NCBI GenBank assembly: GCA_027320085.1 | Contig: DAHVLZ010000018.1 | Span: 32,001-96,000 of the forward strand | Length of the DNA: 64,000 nt | Source of the DNA: Pseudomonadota bacterium | Lineage (GTDB): Bacteria; Pseudomonadota; Gammaproteobacteria; JAKAQQ01 | Reading direction: 5' to 3' | Part shown: piece by piece, positions 38,307 to 48,900 of the stretch | How positions within the stretch are numbered: position 1 is the stretch's first letter | Layout: each line of letters begins with the position of its first letter | Made by a program: the position numbers and the translations under genes | Notes under the pieces: generated by a model | What the model saw: the letters and a program-made list of their open reading frames with translations, nothing else | Told to the model about the DNA's origin: nothing | Database searches by the model: none

Positions 38307-38950
38307 GACTTGGGGTTCCGGGAGCGACCCCGGGCACGGGCTGCACGCCGGATCCGTCTTTCCTCGACCATCAGGCGGATCTCCGCGAGCAGAGCCTCGC
38401 GGGAGTCGGGTTCTCGCTCGGTCGGGGGGAGGGGAGCCGTGCCGAATCGGGCCCGGTGGCGTTCGTGCCGGTATTTGAGCCAGGCTGCCTGGTTGCGGTT
38501 GAGATCGGCGTCCGGATCTGGCAGAGACCCATTGGATGATTGAGCGTTCGGGATGCCCGGATAGTCCACGAGGTGGATGCAGTCGGTCGGACAGAACGCA
38601 AGGCACAGGCCGCAGCCCGTGCACTCGCTGAAGAGCACCTCGTGAAGCAGGTGTCGTGCCCCGACAATGGCATCGACAGGGCAGGCCGGGAGACAACGGG
38701 TGCAGCCAATGCAATGACCGGGATCGATGCGGGCCCTTTTCGGTGGGTCGGGAACGGGCGGTATGAATCCATCAGGGTCGAGGCCGAGACGCCCGGCCAG
38801 GGCCAAAAATGTGGCCATGCCCCCCGGGTGGCATCGGTTGACCGGGGTCTCCCCGCGGACGAGCGCTTCCGCATAGGGACGGCAACCGGGATAACCGCAC
38901 TGGCGGCATTGCCACTGGGGCAGGATCTCGTCGAGATGCCCCGGATCCAT
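38303..38950 (-). CDS. rnfB: Stand-alone RnfB/RsxB-like ferredoxin
   Basis: LPQWQCRQCGYPGCRPYA, CIGCTRC..ACPVDAI, CTGCGLC..CPTDCI. Confidence 0.88.
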   Translation of the reverse strand: MDPGHLDEILPQWQCRQCGYPGCRPYAEALVRGETPVNRCHPGGMATFLALAGRLGLDPDGFIPPVPDPPKRARIDPGHCIGCTRCLPACPVDAIVGARHLLHEVLFSECTGCGLCLAFCPTDCIHLVDYPGIPNAQSSNGSLPDPDADLNRNQAAWLKYRHERHRARFGTAPLPPTEREPDSREALLAEIRLMVEERRIRRAARARGRSRNPKS

Positions 38951-38958
38951 GGCCCAGT

Positions 38959-40983
38959 TCAGCGCACGACCATTCCGGGAGTGGCACCGCTGTCCGGACT
39001 CAGAAGGAAGGGACCGGCAGTCCCATCGCTGGCCGCGAGAACCATGGCCTCGGAGAGCCCGAAGCGCATCTTGCGGGGTGCCAGGTTGGCGACCACGACC
39101 GTGAGCCGTCCCACCAGAGTCTCCGGTGCATAGGTCGCCTGGATGCCGGCAAAAACCGTTCTTTCCTCGTCGCCGAGCGAGACCCTGAGACGCAAGAGCT
39201 TGTCCGAACCCTCGACCTTTTCGGCTGCCAGGATCCGCGCAACCCGAAGGTGCACCTGGTTGAATTGGTGGATGTCAATCATGGGCGTGGGATCAGGAGT
39301 CGGATTCATGGGGGAGCCTGCTTTGGAAGTGGAGTCAAGATCCGAGGGGAGGGGCCGGGATGATGTCGTGGGCGTGGATTCGTTCAAGCGGGTGAGCAAG
39401 GGGAGGTAGGGCGGGAGAGACCGATCGAGGAGCGGTTGATCCAGGTCTGCCCAGCGTGCGATGGAGGTCCCAAGCCAGGACTCGATTCGGTCGGTGAGTT
39501 CCGGCAGGACGGGTTTCAGGTAACCCGCAAGCAGCCGGAAGAGGTTGAGCGTCTCGGTGGCGGTTTCCCGTGCCCGTTCGGGATTTTCACGCCGGGTGGA
39601 CCAGGGGGTGTGTGCAGTGAAATACTGGTTGGCCTGATCGGCCAGATCCATGATGGTGCGGAGGGCACGGCTGAAGTCGCGCCCCTCGTAAGCGGCACCG
39701 ATTGCTTCCGCCGACTTCCGGAACCGGTCGTAGAGGTCGGGATCCGGCAGGGAGGGGGAGAGCCGAGATCCAGAACCCGTGTCCAGAAAGGGAGACGAAC
39801 GGGCCGCCAGGTTGACGAACTTGCCCACCAGATCGGCGTTGAAGCGTTGCCGGAGGTCGGCCAAGTCAAGATCGAGATCCTCGATGCCGGATCCGAGCTT
39901 GGTTGCGAAGTAGTAGCGCAAGGCTTCGGGGGGGTGGGTCTCTGCAAAATCGCGGGCGGTGAGAAAAGTGCCCCGGGACTTCGACATTTTTTGCCCATTC
40001 ACCGTGAGAAAGCCGTGGACGAAAAGGCCGCTGGGCAGCCGGAAGCCGGCAGCGGAGAGGAGGGCCGGCCAGAACAGGCCGTGGAAATAAATGATGTCTT
40101 TGCCCAGGAAGTGGTACAGCTCGACCGGGGAACCGGCTTCCAGAGACTCCTCGAAATCCGTTCCGGGGTGTGTCCGGGTCCAGGCGCTGAAGCTGGCCAG
40201 ATAACCGATCGGTGCATCCAGCCAGACATAGAAGAACTGTCGGGACCGGTCCGGGATGGGGAAACCGAAATAAGGCTCATCCCGGGTGATGTCCCAGTCC
40301 CGGAGTTCGCCGCTCAGCCATTCATCCAGTTTTTTTGCGACCCCGCGGTCAAGATCCGCCTGCTCGTGGACAAAACGCTGCAGCCGGTCACGGAAACCCT
40401 CGAGCCGGACGAACACATGCTCGGTCTCGCGCATTTCGGGGGTTTTGCCGGACAGGATCGATCGGGGCGAGACCAGTTCGCTTGGTGAATAGCTCGCACC
40501 GCACACCTCGCAATTGTCGCCGTACTGGTCCATCGCACCGCAACGCGGGCAGGTGCCCCGGATGTAGCGGTCCGGAAGAAACAGCCCCGCTTCCGGATCA
40601 TACATCTGGCGGATGCGCCGGGTGAGCAGGTGATGCCCCTTTTTCAGGGCCTCATAAAATCGCAGGACCAGTGCCTGGTTTTCCGGTGAGTGGGTCGAGT
40701 GATAGTGGTCGAAAGCGATACCGAAGCGGCTGAAGTCCGCGAGATGATCGGCCTGTACAGAGGCAATCAGCTGTTCCGGCGGGATTCCGTCCTGGGCGGC
40801 CCTGAGCATGATCGGGGTCCCATGAGCATCGTCGGCACAGACGAAGATGACGGAGCGTCCAGCCAGGCGGAGGTGGCGGACCCAGATGTCGGCCTGGATC
40901 GTCTCCAGCAGGTGCCCGAGGTGGAGCGGACCGTTGGCGTAGGGGAGGGCCGTGGTGACAAGGAGTCGGGATGGGGCGGGCAC
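38959..40983 (-). CDS. metG: Methionine--tRNA ligase
   Basis: ALPYANGPLHLGH, Zn knuckle CPRC/CEVC, KMSKS, C-terminal tRNA-binding domain. Confidence 0.98.
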   Translation of the reverse strand: MPAPSRLLVTTALPYANGPLHLGHLLETIQADIWVRHLRLAGRSVIFVCADDAHGTPIMLRAAQDGIPPEQLIASVQADHLADFSRFGIAFDHYHSTHSPENQALVLRFYEALKKGHHLLTRRIRQMYDPEAGLFLPDRYIRGTCPRCGAMDQYGDNCEVCGASYSPSELVSPRSILSGKTPEMRETEHVFVRLEGFRDRLQRFVHEQADLDRGVAKKLDEWLSGELRDWDITRDEPYFGFPIPDRSRQFFYVWLDAPIGYLASFSAWTRTHPGTDFEESLEAGSPVELYHFLGKDIIYFHGLFWPALLSAAGFRLPSGLFVHGFLTVNGQKMSKSRGTFLTARDFAETHPPEALRYYFATKLGSGIEDLDLDLADLRQRFNADLVGKFVNLAARSSPFLDTGSGSRLSPSLPDPDLYDRFRKSAEAIGAAYEGRDFSRALRTIMDLADQANQYFTAHTPWSTRRENPERARETATETLNLFRLLAGYLKPVLPELTDRIESWLGTSIARWADLDQPLLDRSLPPYLPLLTRLNESTPTTSSRPLPSDLDSTSKAGSPMNPTPDPTPMIDIHQFNQVHLRVARILAAEKVEGSDKLLRLRVSLGDEERTVFAGIQATYAPETLVGRLTVVVANLAPRKMRFGLSEAMVLAASDGTAGPFLLSPDSGATPGMVVR

Positions 40984-41146
40984 AAACGGTTCCAGTTACC
41001 GGTGAGGCTGGCCTCTAGCATACCTTGACGGCTTCGCATTTGCGTTTTCTGGCGCTCGGTGCGGGGAAAGGATACGAGCGGGCAGCGTTCGTGGAGCTTT
41101 GGGACCATCCGGTTTGGATGGATGCCTCTGAAGCGCCCGCCGCGGG

Positions 41147-41172
41147 TGGAGGGCCGGCAGGCCGGCCCTCCA
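41147..41172. terminator. GC-rich hairpin downstream of the TonB receptor
   Basis: TGGAGGGCCGGC-ag-GCCGGCCCTCCA perfect inverted repeat; no clear U-tract. Confidence 0.45.
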
Positions 41173-41328
41173 AGCCACAAGCTCGGGGTCTGGGATCGAG
41201 CACCAACCCGGACGTTGTGAGCGTACGGCCGGGGCACTGATCCAGGGCGTGAATCAGGGCGATCTGGCTCGACACCCTCATTTCCTCACTCCATCTCCAG
41301 CAGAAGGGTTGATGCTCAAGCGGTTGCT

Positions 41329-43854
41329 CTACCAATGCCAGTTGAGACTGACATAAAACGCGCGGGGCATCCCGGGTTCGGCCAATGTCTGGCCCGGCAC
41401 GTTGAAATAACCGCCGCTGGTGATGTATTCATAGCTGTTGTACTGCTTATTCAGTACGTTCAGTACATCCAGCTTGATCGTGACCCTGTGCAATAGCGCA
41501 AACAGATGCTGGCGACCAACGTGAATGTTGAGTCCCAGATTCCAGATACCAAATGCGGGGAGTTTCTGGGTCGTGGGAGCCCCAATGTTGTTGTTGTAGA
41601 TATTTTGCTGGCCGGTGTACTGCCACCATATGCTCGGTGTATAAAGAATTCCGGCATGGTAGTACAGGTAGTCGGCTCCGATATTCACCGTTTTGGACGG
41701 GACATTCGATATGGGCAACCCATCATAGGAAACCCCATGGGGGTTCACATAATTGGAATACACCGCTCTCTCAAAGCTCACATTGGTGAAGAGGTGCAAG
41801 TTGTACAGGGGATTGTCATCAAAATAGAGATTAACGCCGCTGAAGGTCGATGAGCCGGAGGCAAACTCGCTGTACAGGTGGCTCACAACCGGAATCGGGA
41901 TAATCTCATTGGTATCATTCAAGTGATAGTAATTAACGCCAAATGAAGCGCGGTTGAGAAGTCCCTCATGCGGGATGTAGGCTTTGACGCCGACCTGATA
42001 CTGGGAAGAGGATTGGGGCTTAAGCGTCGATACCAAAAGGTGTGCATAGGTTCCCGTCGCACCGGATGGCGCTTTGTAAGCCGTGGAATAGTTGGCATAG
42101 ACCGCGACGTCCGGGATGATCTTCCAGTTGGCTCCGATGGACGGCTCCACATCCGTGAAGTTCGTGGATGAGTTCGGCTGATAATCCCCGTTATGGCCAA
42201 TGAGGTCGGCCACGTTGAGCGGGAATTGGGCGGCCGCGTTGTTCACGAAGTTCGTTTGGAATGTCACCACCCGCAAACCCGGTGTAATGCGGAGGCTTGG
42301 AATCGGCTGGATATCATCCTGAATGAATGCAGCCAAATCGGTCATGTACAGGTAGGAGCTGTGAAATGCATTCGGCAGTGCAAAACTGTTGTATACCGGC
42401 ACTCCATTGATAATGACATTGTTGCCTGCGTTCGGACTGAGCGAGCTGTAGGTGGCAATCTGTCCTGGATTATAAAAATCGAGGAGTGAACTGTATTTGT
42501 TGTTGACGAAGTAACCTCCAAAGGAAACCGTATTCCACGGCAAACGGTCCGTGAGATAGAGTTTGTCCCCATAGGTATTGCTTTTCGCGAGGTAATATTG
42601 ATCCAAGGCACCGGCATTAAAACCGTAGTTGTCATAATGGAGGTGCTTGCGATTTCCATTTCGGTAAAACAACAAGTTGTGCACAGTCAAATTGCGCGAT
42701 AAATGCTCATAAAACTTGGTATACAGTAGATAGCTGGTATTAAAAGCCTCCTTCCAGTACACCGCGTAGGGCAGCGTCGTATAAAAGCCGGAAGTGGCTT
42801 GGCTATAGATGGGTCCCGGATTTTGGACGCCGTTTGCGTTGTAGCCGTTCACGGTGACCTGGGAGTTCGGCGATACCGGTATACCCAGCGGACGGTAAGC
42901 CACACCACGGGCAATATAGGCGCCAAAGCTGATGTGCCCACCGTGGAACTGTTTTACGACCTTGGCGAAATAGGCATAGTTGTCGCTGGGATTGTTAAAC
43001 CCGTAACCCGTCAAGTAATTGTTGGAGCTCGTCACGCCTCCTGCGAGAACGGCTGACCACCCATCAATCTTGCCGCTGTCTACATTGAAATGGATGCCAC
43101 GCGTATTGAAGCTGCCAAAAAACCCGCCAATACTCGCGCCTGCCCTCGTCGTCGGCTGGAGCGGAATGAAATTAATGGCGCCCCCGATATTGTTGTACCA
43201 GCGGTTGATCGGGTACCCCGGACCATAGGTGACGGCTATTCCTTTGATCAGGGACAGTTGGGGCACCTCTGGTGATCCCCACACGCCGTAGGCGGGATCG
43301 ATCATGGGGACGCCGTCAAAAGTCACCATGACCGTTCCATCATTCGCATTTCCGGCGATATTGCTCCAGCCCGTCTTCATCCCGTTGATGCTGATACTTG
43401 ATCTTGAAGCCCCAACTCCTGAATCCGTTTGTGTATTGACTCCAGGCGCAATCGCTAACACCTGGCCCGCTCCTCCGGCAGGACCTGCGGTTTGTATTTC
43501 CTTTTTGCCGATTACCTTTACGGACTGGGTCGAGTTGAAAACTTCCCTTTTGGTTGGGACTTTATTCAGCGTGTTCAATGCCAATTCGGCAGAGACCTGT
43601 CCAATGAATATTGGCCCACTGTTGGTTGTGGTGGGGGTCTTTTTCTTCCGCTTTTTGGGGGTTGCAACCTGACCCGGTGCATCCAATGCCGATCCGGCAG
43701 AGGCCTTTCCAATAGGTGCGCGAGTGGTGGCTGAAGTCGTTGGAGTTGTTATGCCGGCATGGGCTGCCATAACAATCGCAAGATTCACCATGCCTGCGGA
43801 TGCAATTGCGACGAAGACTGGCTTTAATGATCTGTTGCGATACATCTCGTTCAT
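41329..43854 (-). CDS. TonB-dependent outer membrane receptor
   Basis: Signal peptide, plug (LAIAPGV, ISINGM, FDGVPM, VTYGPG), barrel strands, NVLNKQY...PGMPRAFYVSLNWHW; clearly lower GC than flanks. Confidence 0.92.
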   Translation of the reverse strand: MNEMYRNRSLKPVFVAIASAGMVNLAIVMAAHAGITTPTTSATTRAPIGKASAGSALDAPGQVATPKKRKKKTPTTTNSGPIFIGQVSAELALNTLNKVPTKREVFNSTQSVKVIGKKEIQTAGPAGGAGQVLAIAPGVNTQTDSGVGASRSSISINGMKTGWSNIAGNANDGTVMVTFDGVPMIDPAYGVWGSPEVPQLSLIKGIAVTYGPGYPINRWYNNIGGAINFIPLQPTTRAGASIGGFFGSFNTRGIHFNVDSGKIDGWSAVLAGGVTSSNNYLTGYGFNNPSDNYAYFAKVVKQFHGGHISFGAYIARGVAYRPLGIPVSPNSQVTVNGYNANGVQNPGPIYSQATSGFYTTLPYAVYWKEAFNTSYLLYTKFYEHLSRNLTVHNLLFYRNGNRKHLHYDNYGFNAGALDQYYLAKSNTYGDKLYLTDRLPWNTVSFGGYFVNNKYSSLLDFYNPGQIATYSSLSPNAGNNVIINGVPVYNSFALPNAFHSSYLYMTDLAAFIQDDIQPIPSLRITPGLRVVTFQTNFVNNAAAQFPLNVADLIGHNGDYQPNSSTNFTDVEPSIGANWKIIPDVAVYANYSTAYKAPSGATGTYAHLLVSTLKPQSSSQYQVGVKAYIPHEGLLNRASFGVNYYHLNDTNEIIPIPVVSHLYSEFASGSSTFSGVNLYFDDNPLYNLHLFTNVSFERAVYSNYVNPHGVSYDGLPISNVPSKTVNIGADYLYYHAGILYTPSIWWQYTGQQNIYNNNIGAPTTQKLPAFGIWNLGLNIHVGRQHLFALLHRVTIKLDVLNVLNKQYNSYEYITSGGYFNVPGQTLAEPGMPRAFYVSLNWHW

Positions 43855-43960
43855 ACCTCGAATATCGGTTTGTGGTTTGAGAACTACACGTTTGAGGAAT
43901 ATGAAGCTTTGAAGCGTCTCCTCGCAGCCTATTGGTGCGGTATTTGTACTACAGCAATGG

Positions 43961-43998
43961 TTACATTACGGTGTAGTTTTCCTGACAATTTATTGACA
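43961..43998 (-). promoter_or_regulatory. Pho-box-like (OmpR-family) direct repeats
   Basis: Minus strand TGTCA-ataaat-TGTCA (43998-43983, 11-bp period) plus an in-register TGTAA at 43965-43961. Confidence 0.6.
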
Positions 43999-44362
43999 TT
44001 TTTTAATCATTTTTTCTGCTCGATCAGAGGCGGCGGGATCACAAGGGCCACCTAAAAGTTGAGGGGTATGAAGATTTGTGTCATTGAATGAAGACGCCAA
44101 GAGATAAAAAGCGAAGGTGGGATGCTTGTGGATTGCCGTACGAGGACATCCGAAGCCGGGATGATGATTTAGACACGATGCCCTGACATGCAAAGGCAAA
44201 GGTTCGGGTCGGTGCTGCGGAAGGGGCCTGCCTCTGGAGCCTGGTGTCTCTTTGCCGAATGCCCTTGCCCAACCTCGGTTCAAGGGTTTGCGTGAGGACT
44301 GAGGCGATTGTCGGATTGTTACAGTTTTTTTGGATTGGCACATCAGAAAATCAAAACTTGGA

Positions 44363-44378
44363 TGACATTCCAATGACA
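44363..44378 (-). promoter_or_regulatory. Second Pho-box-like repeat
   Basis: Minus strand TGTCA-ttggaa-TGTCA, 11-bp period. Confidence 0.45.
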
Positions 44379-44439
44379 CTTGAGACTGTCCGCGTGTAGT
44401 TTCATCCGGGTTTATCTGCTGAACGCGTGCGCACGAGGG

Positions 44440-44615
44440 AATCTCGAAATCTGGCTGAGGATGGATCACAACTGCATCTCCCTCCATGTCCAGTTCACCC
44501 CGGCTTCTTTCCCTCGTCACTCAACTTAATCGAGAGCGGGTGTGCAAGGCCCGCCGAAACCGGTTCGCCTTTAGCTGATCGCACCGCTGCGAACTCAAGC
44601 AGGCCACTCGTCTGA
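44440..44615 (+). pseudogene. Possible highly degraded IS630-family transposase remnant
   Basis: EIWL...HVQFTPAS, then LNLIE and ELKQA in shifted frames, recalling WL...HFTPTS.SWLNLVE...EL..AI. Confidence 0.4.
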
Positions 44616-44696
44616 CCAGGACCCGATCAGGATCATGACGGCATCAGAGGTGCTGCCTGTCTATCGCTTCGAAAGGCATTACGCTTGAAAAACAGG

Positions 44697-44737
44697 TTGA
44701 CTGGGGCATGGTATTAGTGTTATAGTTATGTATAACA
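44697..44737 (+). promoter_or_regulatory. Sigma70 promoter with overlapping palindromic operator for the RND pair
   Basis: TTGACT-N18-TATAGT (TGn-extended); TGTTATA-gttatg-TATAACA inverted repeat at 44718-44737. Confidence 0.65.
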
Positions 44738-44781
44738 TCTCTCCCCAACCTTAATCTGAAAAGGCGATAACGAGAAAGCGC

Positions 44782-45918
44782 ATGAAATTCATCAAAAACC
44801 GGTACTGGGTTGTTTTATCGCTTGCCCTTCTTGTTTTCGGCGGCCTCTGGGGGTTTAACCTCTACCGAGAGCACGCAATCCGGGCCTACTTCCGTCACTA
44901 TGTTCCACCCCCGGTCGTGGTGGCCACAACCGCCGTCCGGCGCTTTCGGTGGTGGCGGGTGATCCGGACGGTGGGGAGCATCGAGGCCGTCCAGACCGTG
45001 TCGCTGTCGCCGGATCTATCCGGACAGGTCACAGGGATCTTTTTTCATTCAGGCCAGTTTGTAGAGCAGGGGACCCGGCTCGTTGCGCTCAATGATGCCG
45101 AGGAGCGGGCGACACTGCATTCGCTCGAAGCCACTATGCTCTTGGACCGACTCCAGTACCAGCGCCAGAAAACGCTCCTCCGTCAAAATCTCACGGCCCA
45201 CTCCAGCTATGACGCGGCGCGGGCGGCCTACCTCAGTGCCCAGGCCGATGCGGCTTCGGAAAAGGCCGTGATTGCCAACATGCAGGTTGTGGCACCCTTC
45301 AGCGGTCGGTTGGGGATCCGCCTCGTCAATCTGGGCCAATACCTGACTGCCGGTACCGCGATCACCACGCTCACTCGCGTCGCACCGCTTTACGTCTCCT
45401 TCCATCTGCCGGAACAGGACATCAACCGGCTGTACCCGGACCAGGTGGCGCGTCTTACCCTCCCGGCCTATCCGGGGCGGCACTTTTACGGACGCGTCGC
45501 CGTGATCAATCCGACCGTCAACGCGACGACCCGCCTGATTCACGTCCTGGCCCGTTTCCCCAACATGCACGGCCTGCTCAAGCCCGGCATGTTTGGACGC
45601 CTCACCATCCGAAGTCGCCACCGGATCCCGGTCACCGCCATTCCCCGGGTCGCAGTCAGCTACAGCCTGTATGGGGATACGGTCTGGGTGGTGGATCCGC
45701 CACCGACCGGAAAGTCGGTCTCGAAAACACTCCTGCCGACGGTCCGGCAGGTTTTCGTCAAACCGGCGTTCTCGCACGGGGGATGGGTGGCCATCGCCCA
45801 CGGCCTCACCCCGGGCATGGAAATCGTGACGCAAGGTCAGATCAAGCTCCACAAGGGGGATCGGATCCGAATCAATGATCAGATCCGGTTGGTGACGCGA
45901 CCCGGAACCCACCCATGA
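44782..45918 (+). CDS. RND efflux periplasmic adaptor (MexH/MexV-like)
   Basis: N-terminal TM, GSIEAVQ.V, APFSGRLGIR.VNLGQY, LKPGMF. Confidence 0.92.
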   Translation: MKFIKNRYWVVLSLALLVFGGLWGFNLYREHAIRAYFRHYVPPPVVVATTAVRRFRWWRVIRTVGSIEAVQTVSLSPDLSGQVTGIFFHSGQFVEQGTRLVALNDAEERATLHSLEATMLLDRLQYQRQKTLLRQNLTAHSSYDAARAAYLSAQADAASEKAVIANMQVVAPFSGRLGIRLVNLGQYLTAGTAITTLTRVAPLYVSFHLPEQDINRLYPDQVARLTLPAYPGRHFYGRVAVINPTVNATTRLIHVLARFPNMHGLLKPGMFGRLTIRSRHRIPVTAIPRVAVSYSLYGDTVWVVDPPPTGKSVSKTLLPTVRQVFVKPAFSHGGWVAIAHGLTPGMEIVTQGQIKLHKGDRIRINDQIRLVTRPGTHP

Positions 45919-48900
45919 AGTTCACTGATTATTTCGTCAAACGGCCGGTTTTGTCCTCCGTTCTGGCGCTTCTGATCTTTTTCCTGGGATTCCGGTCGAT
46001 TTTCGAGATCGGGCTGCGCCAGTACCCGAAAACCAAGACGGCGGTCGTGACCGTCTCGACTGCCTATCCGGGTGCCAGTGCACCCCTCATGCAGGGTTTT
46101 GTCACAACCCCCCTGGAACGCGCCATCGCGGCAACCCAGGGTATCGCCTACATGACTTCCTCGAGCAGCGAGGGCTCGAGCGCGATCAGCGTCCACATGC
46201 ACCTCAACTACAGTGCCAACAAGGCGCTGACCCAGATCACGGCGGCGGTGAACCAGGTCCGGAACGTCCTGCCGGCGGCGAGCCAGTCTCCCGTGATCCA
46301 GGTCTCGACCGGCGAGAAGACCTCGCTCATGTACCTCAGTTTCTACAGTCACGAGATGTCGACCCCGGCCATCGCCGATTATCTGACCCGGGTGGTGGAG
46401 CCCGAACTCGAGTCCGTGAATGGGGTGGCCTCCGCCCGGATCATGGGATACCCCTTTGCCATGCGGATCTGGCTCAACCCCTACCGTCTGGCTGCCTACC
46501 ACCTGACCCCGGCGGCAGTGGTTCAGGCGATCATGAACAACAACTACATCGCTGCGGTCGGACGGACCAAGTCCAACCACATTGCGATCAACATCAATGC
46601 CGAGACCGGCCTCCATTCCGCTCGGGCCTTCCGCCGCCTGGTGGTGGCCCATCAGGGGCACGCACTGGTCCGGCTCGGGGATCTCGGACGGGTGGTTTTG
46701 GGTGCGGAGAACTACAACGGCCGCTTTCTCTTCGATGGCCGTTCCGCCGTCGCCATTGCCATCGACACTGCGCCCAATGCCAATCCCTTGAGCGTGGCCG
46801 AGACGATCCGCCAGCTCATGCCGAAAATCCGAAAAGGACTGCCTCCTTCGCTGAAAGCCGCCGTCGCCTTCGACGCGAGCCAGTTCATCCGGAGTTCCCT
46901 TCATGACGTGCTCGTGACCCTCATCGAGGCGGCCCTCATTGTCATCCTGATTATCTTCCTGTTTTTGGGTTCGGTTCGTGCGGTTCTGGTTCCGGTCGTC
47001 ACGATTCCGCTGTCCTTAATCGGGGTGGTTTTCGTCATGTGGGTTCTGGGCTATACCCTGAACCTCTTGACCCTGTTGGCCCTGGTGTTGGCCATCGGGC
47101 TCGTCGTGGACGATGCGATTGTCGTGGTCGAGAACATCCACCGGCAAATCGAGGCGGGACATGCGCCGCTCGAGGCCGCACTCGTTGGGGGACGCGAGAT
47201 CGCCGGTCCCGTCATGGGCATGACCCTGACTTTGGCTGCAGTGTATGCACCGATCGGATTCCAGACCGGAATCACGGGAAGCCTGTTCCGTGAATTCGCG
47301 TTTACCCTGGCGGGCGCCGTGCTCATTTCCGGTCTTTTGGCCCTCACGCTTTCGCCCATGATGTGTTCCCGCCTGCTCAAGGAGAGCCGATCGGAGGGGC
47401 CCCTGGCTCGCCGACTGGACCATCTGTTCGAGTCCGTCCGGGGCGTCTATGCCCGAACACTGGAGCGGGCGCTCGATCGACGCTGGGTCACGGCCCTGAT
47501 CGGGATCATGGTGCTTTGCAGTCTGTGGATGCTGTACCAAGGCGCCAAGCATGAACTTGCGCCCTCCGAAGACCAGGGTGTCGTCTTCATCCAGGCCAGC
47601 GCAAGCCGGACTGCAACCGTGGGATATCTTTCGAATTATTTCAACGTGCTGGACCAGCTCTTCGCCCAAACACCTGATGTCGAACATAGTTTCATGGGCG
47701 CGGGTTTCGGCGGCGGCAATAGCCTGTTCGCCGGCGTCACGCTCACACCCTGGGACGATCGCAGCCATTCGGCGGCCCAGATCCAAACCCGCCTGCAGAA
47801 GGCCCTGAACCGAATGGCCGGAATTCGCGGATTTGCGGGACTGCCGCCGGCTTTGCCGGGCACGGGAGGCGGGGCACCGGTCGAGTTTGTGGTGACCTCA
47901 ACCGGTTCCTATGCCCACCTCTACCAGGCCGCCGAGCAGCTGAGAGCAGCTGCCGTGAAAAGTGGACTGTTCGCCTATACTCAAAATTCACTGAAGTTCG
48001 ACAACCCCGAGTACCAGATCCGGGTCAACCGGGCTTTGGCTGCGCAGGATGGGTTGGCCATGAGCGATGTGGGCAGTGCGCTGGCCGACCTGCTCAGCGG
48101 AGGCTATATCGACCACTTCAGTCTGGGGGGGGAAAGCTACCGGGTGATTCCGCAGATTGAGCAGCGGGACCGATTCCGCGCGCGTGACCTCGATCGTTAC
48201 GAGGTGGCGGCAACCCATGGAACGCTCGTTCCGCTGAGCGACATCGTGACCCTCAAGCGTGAAGTGGCACCCAACTCGCTCGACCGCTTCGACCAGATGA
48301 ACTCGACCGAACTCGAAGGTGTCATGAAACCCGGGGTCTCTTTGGGCGAGGCCCTCGGCTTTCTGCGCCGGATGGCCCGTTCAATCCTGCCCAAGACCTT
48401 CGGCATTCATTACGCCGGCTTGTCCCGCCAGTATGAAAAACAGGGGCAGGCCCTGATGATGACCTTTTTCTTCGCACTCATCGTGATCTTCCTGGTTCTG
48501 GCCGGTCTCTTTGAAAGTTTTCGCGATCCCTGGATCGTGCTGGTGAGCGTGCCCATGTCCATTTCCGGTGCCTTGCTTTTTCTCAACCTGGGTTTTGCCT
48601 CGGTCAATATCTACACCCAGATCGGGCTGATCACCCTGATCGGACTCATCAGCAAGCATGGCATCCTGATGACCCAGTTTGCGAATGACCTGCAGCGGAA
48701 GGAGGGCCTCAATCGCCGGCAGGCGATCCAGAAAGCGGCCACGATCCGGCTGCGTCCCATCTTGATGACCACCGCCGCCATGGTGATGGGCGTGGTTCCA
48801 CTCATCCTCTCAACCGGTGCGGGGGCCGCCAGCCGCTACGACATCGGCCTGGTCATCGCCACAGGCCTTTTGATCGGAACCACCTTTACCCTCTTCATGG

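Noticed and set aside
38303-38950. Rnf electron transport complex
   Set aside because: Only rnfB is present; the stand-alone metG-rnfB-nth arrangement is already known in other Proteobacteria.
43990-44520. 176-aa ORF upstream of the TonB receptor
   Set aside because: No RBS, motif or coding-like composition; overlaps regulatory DNA.
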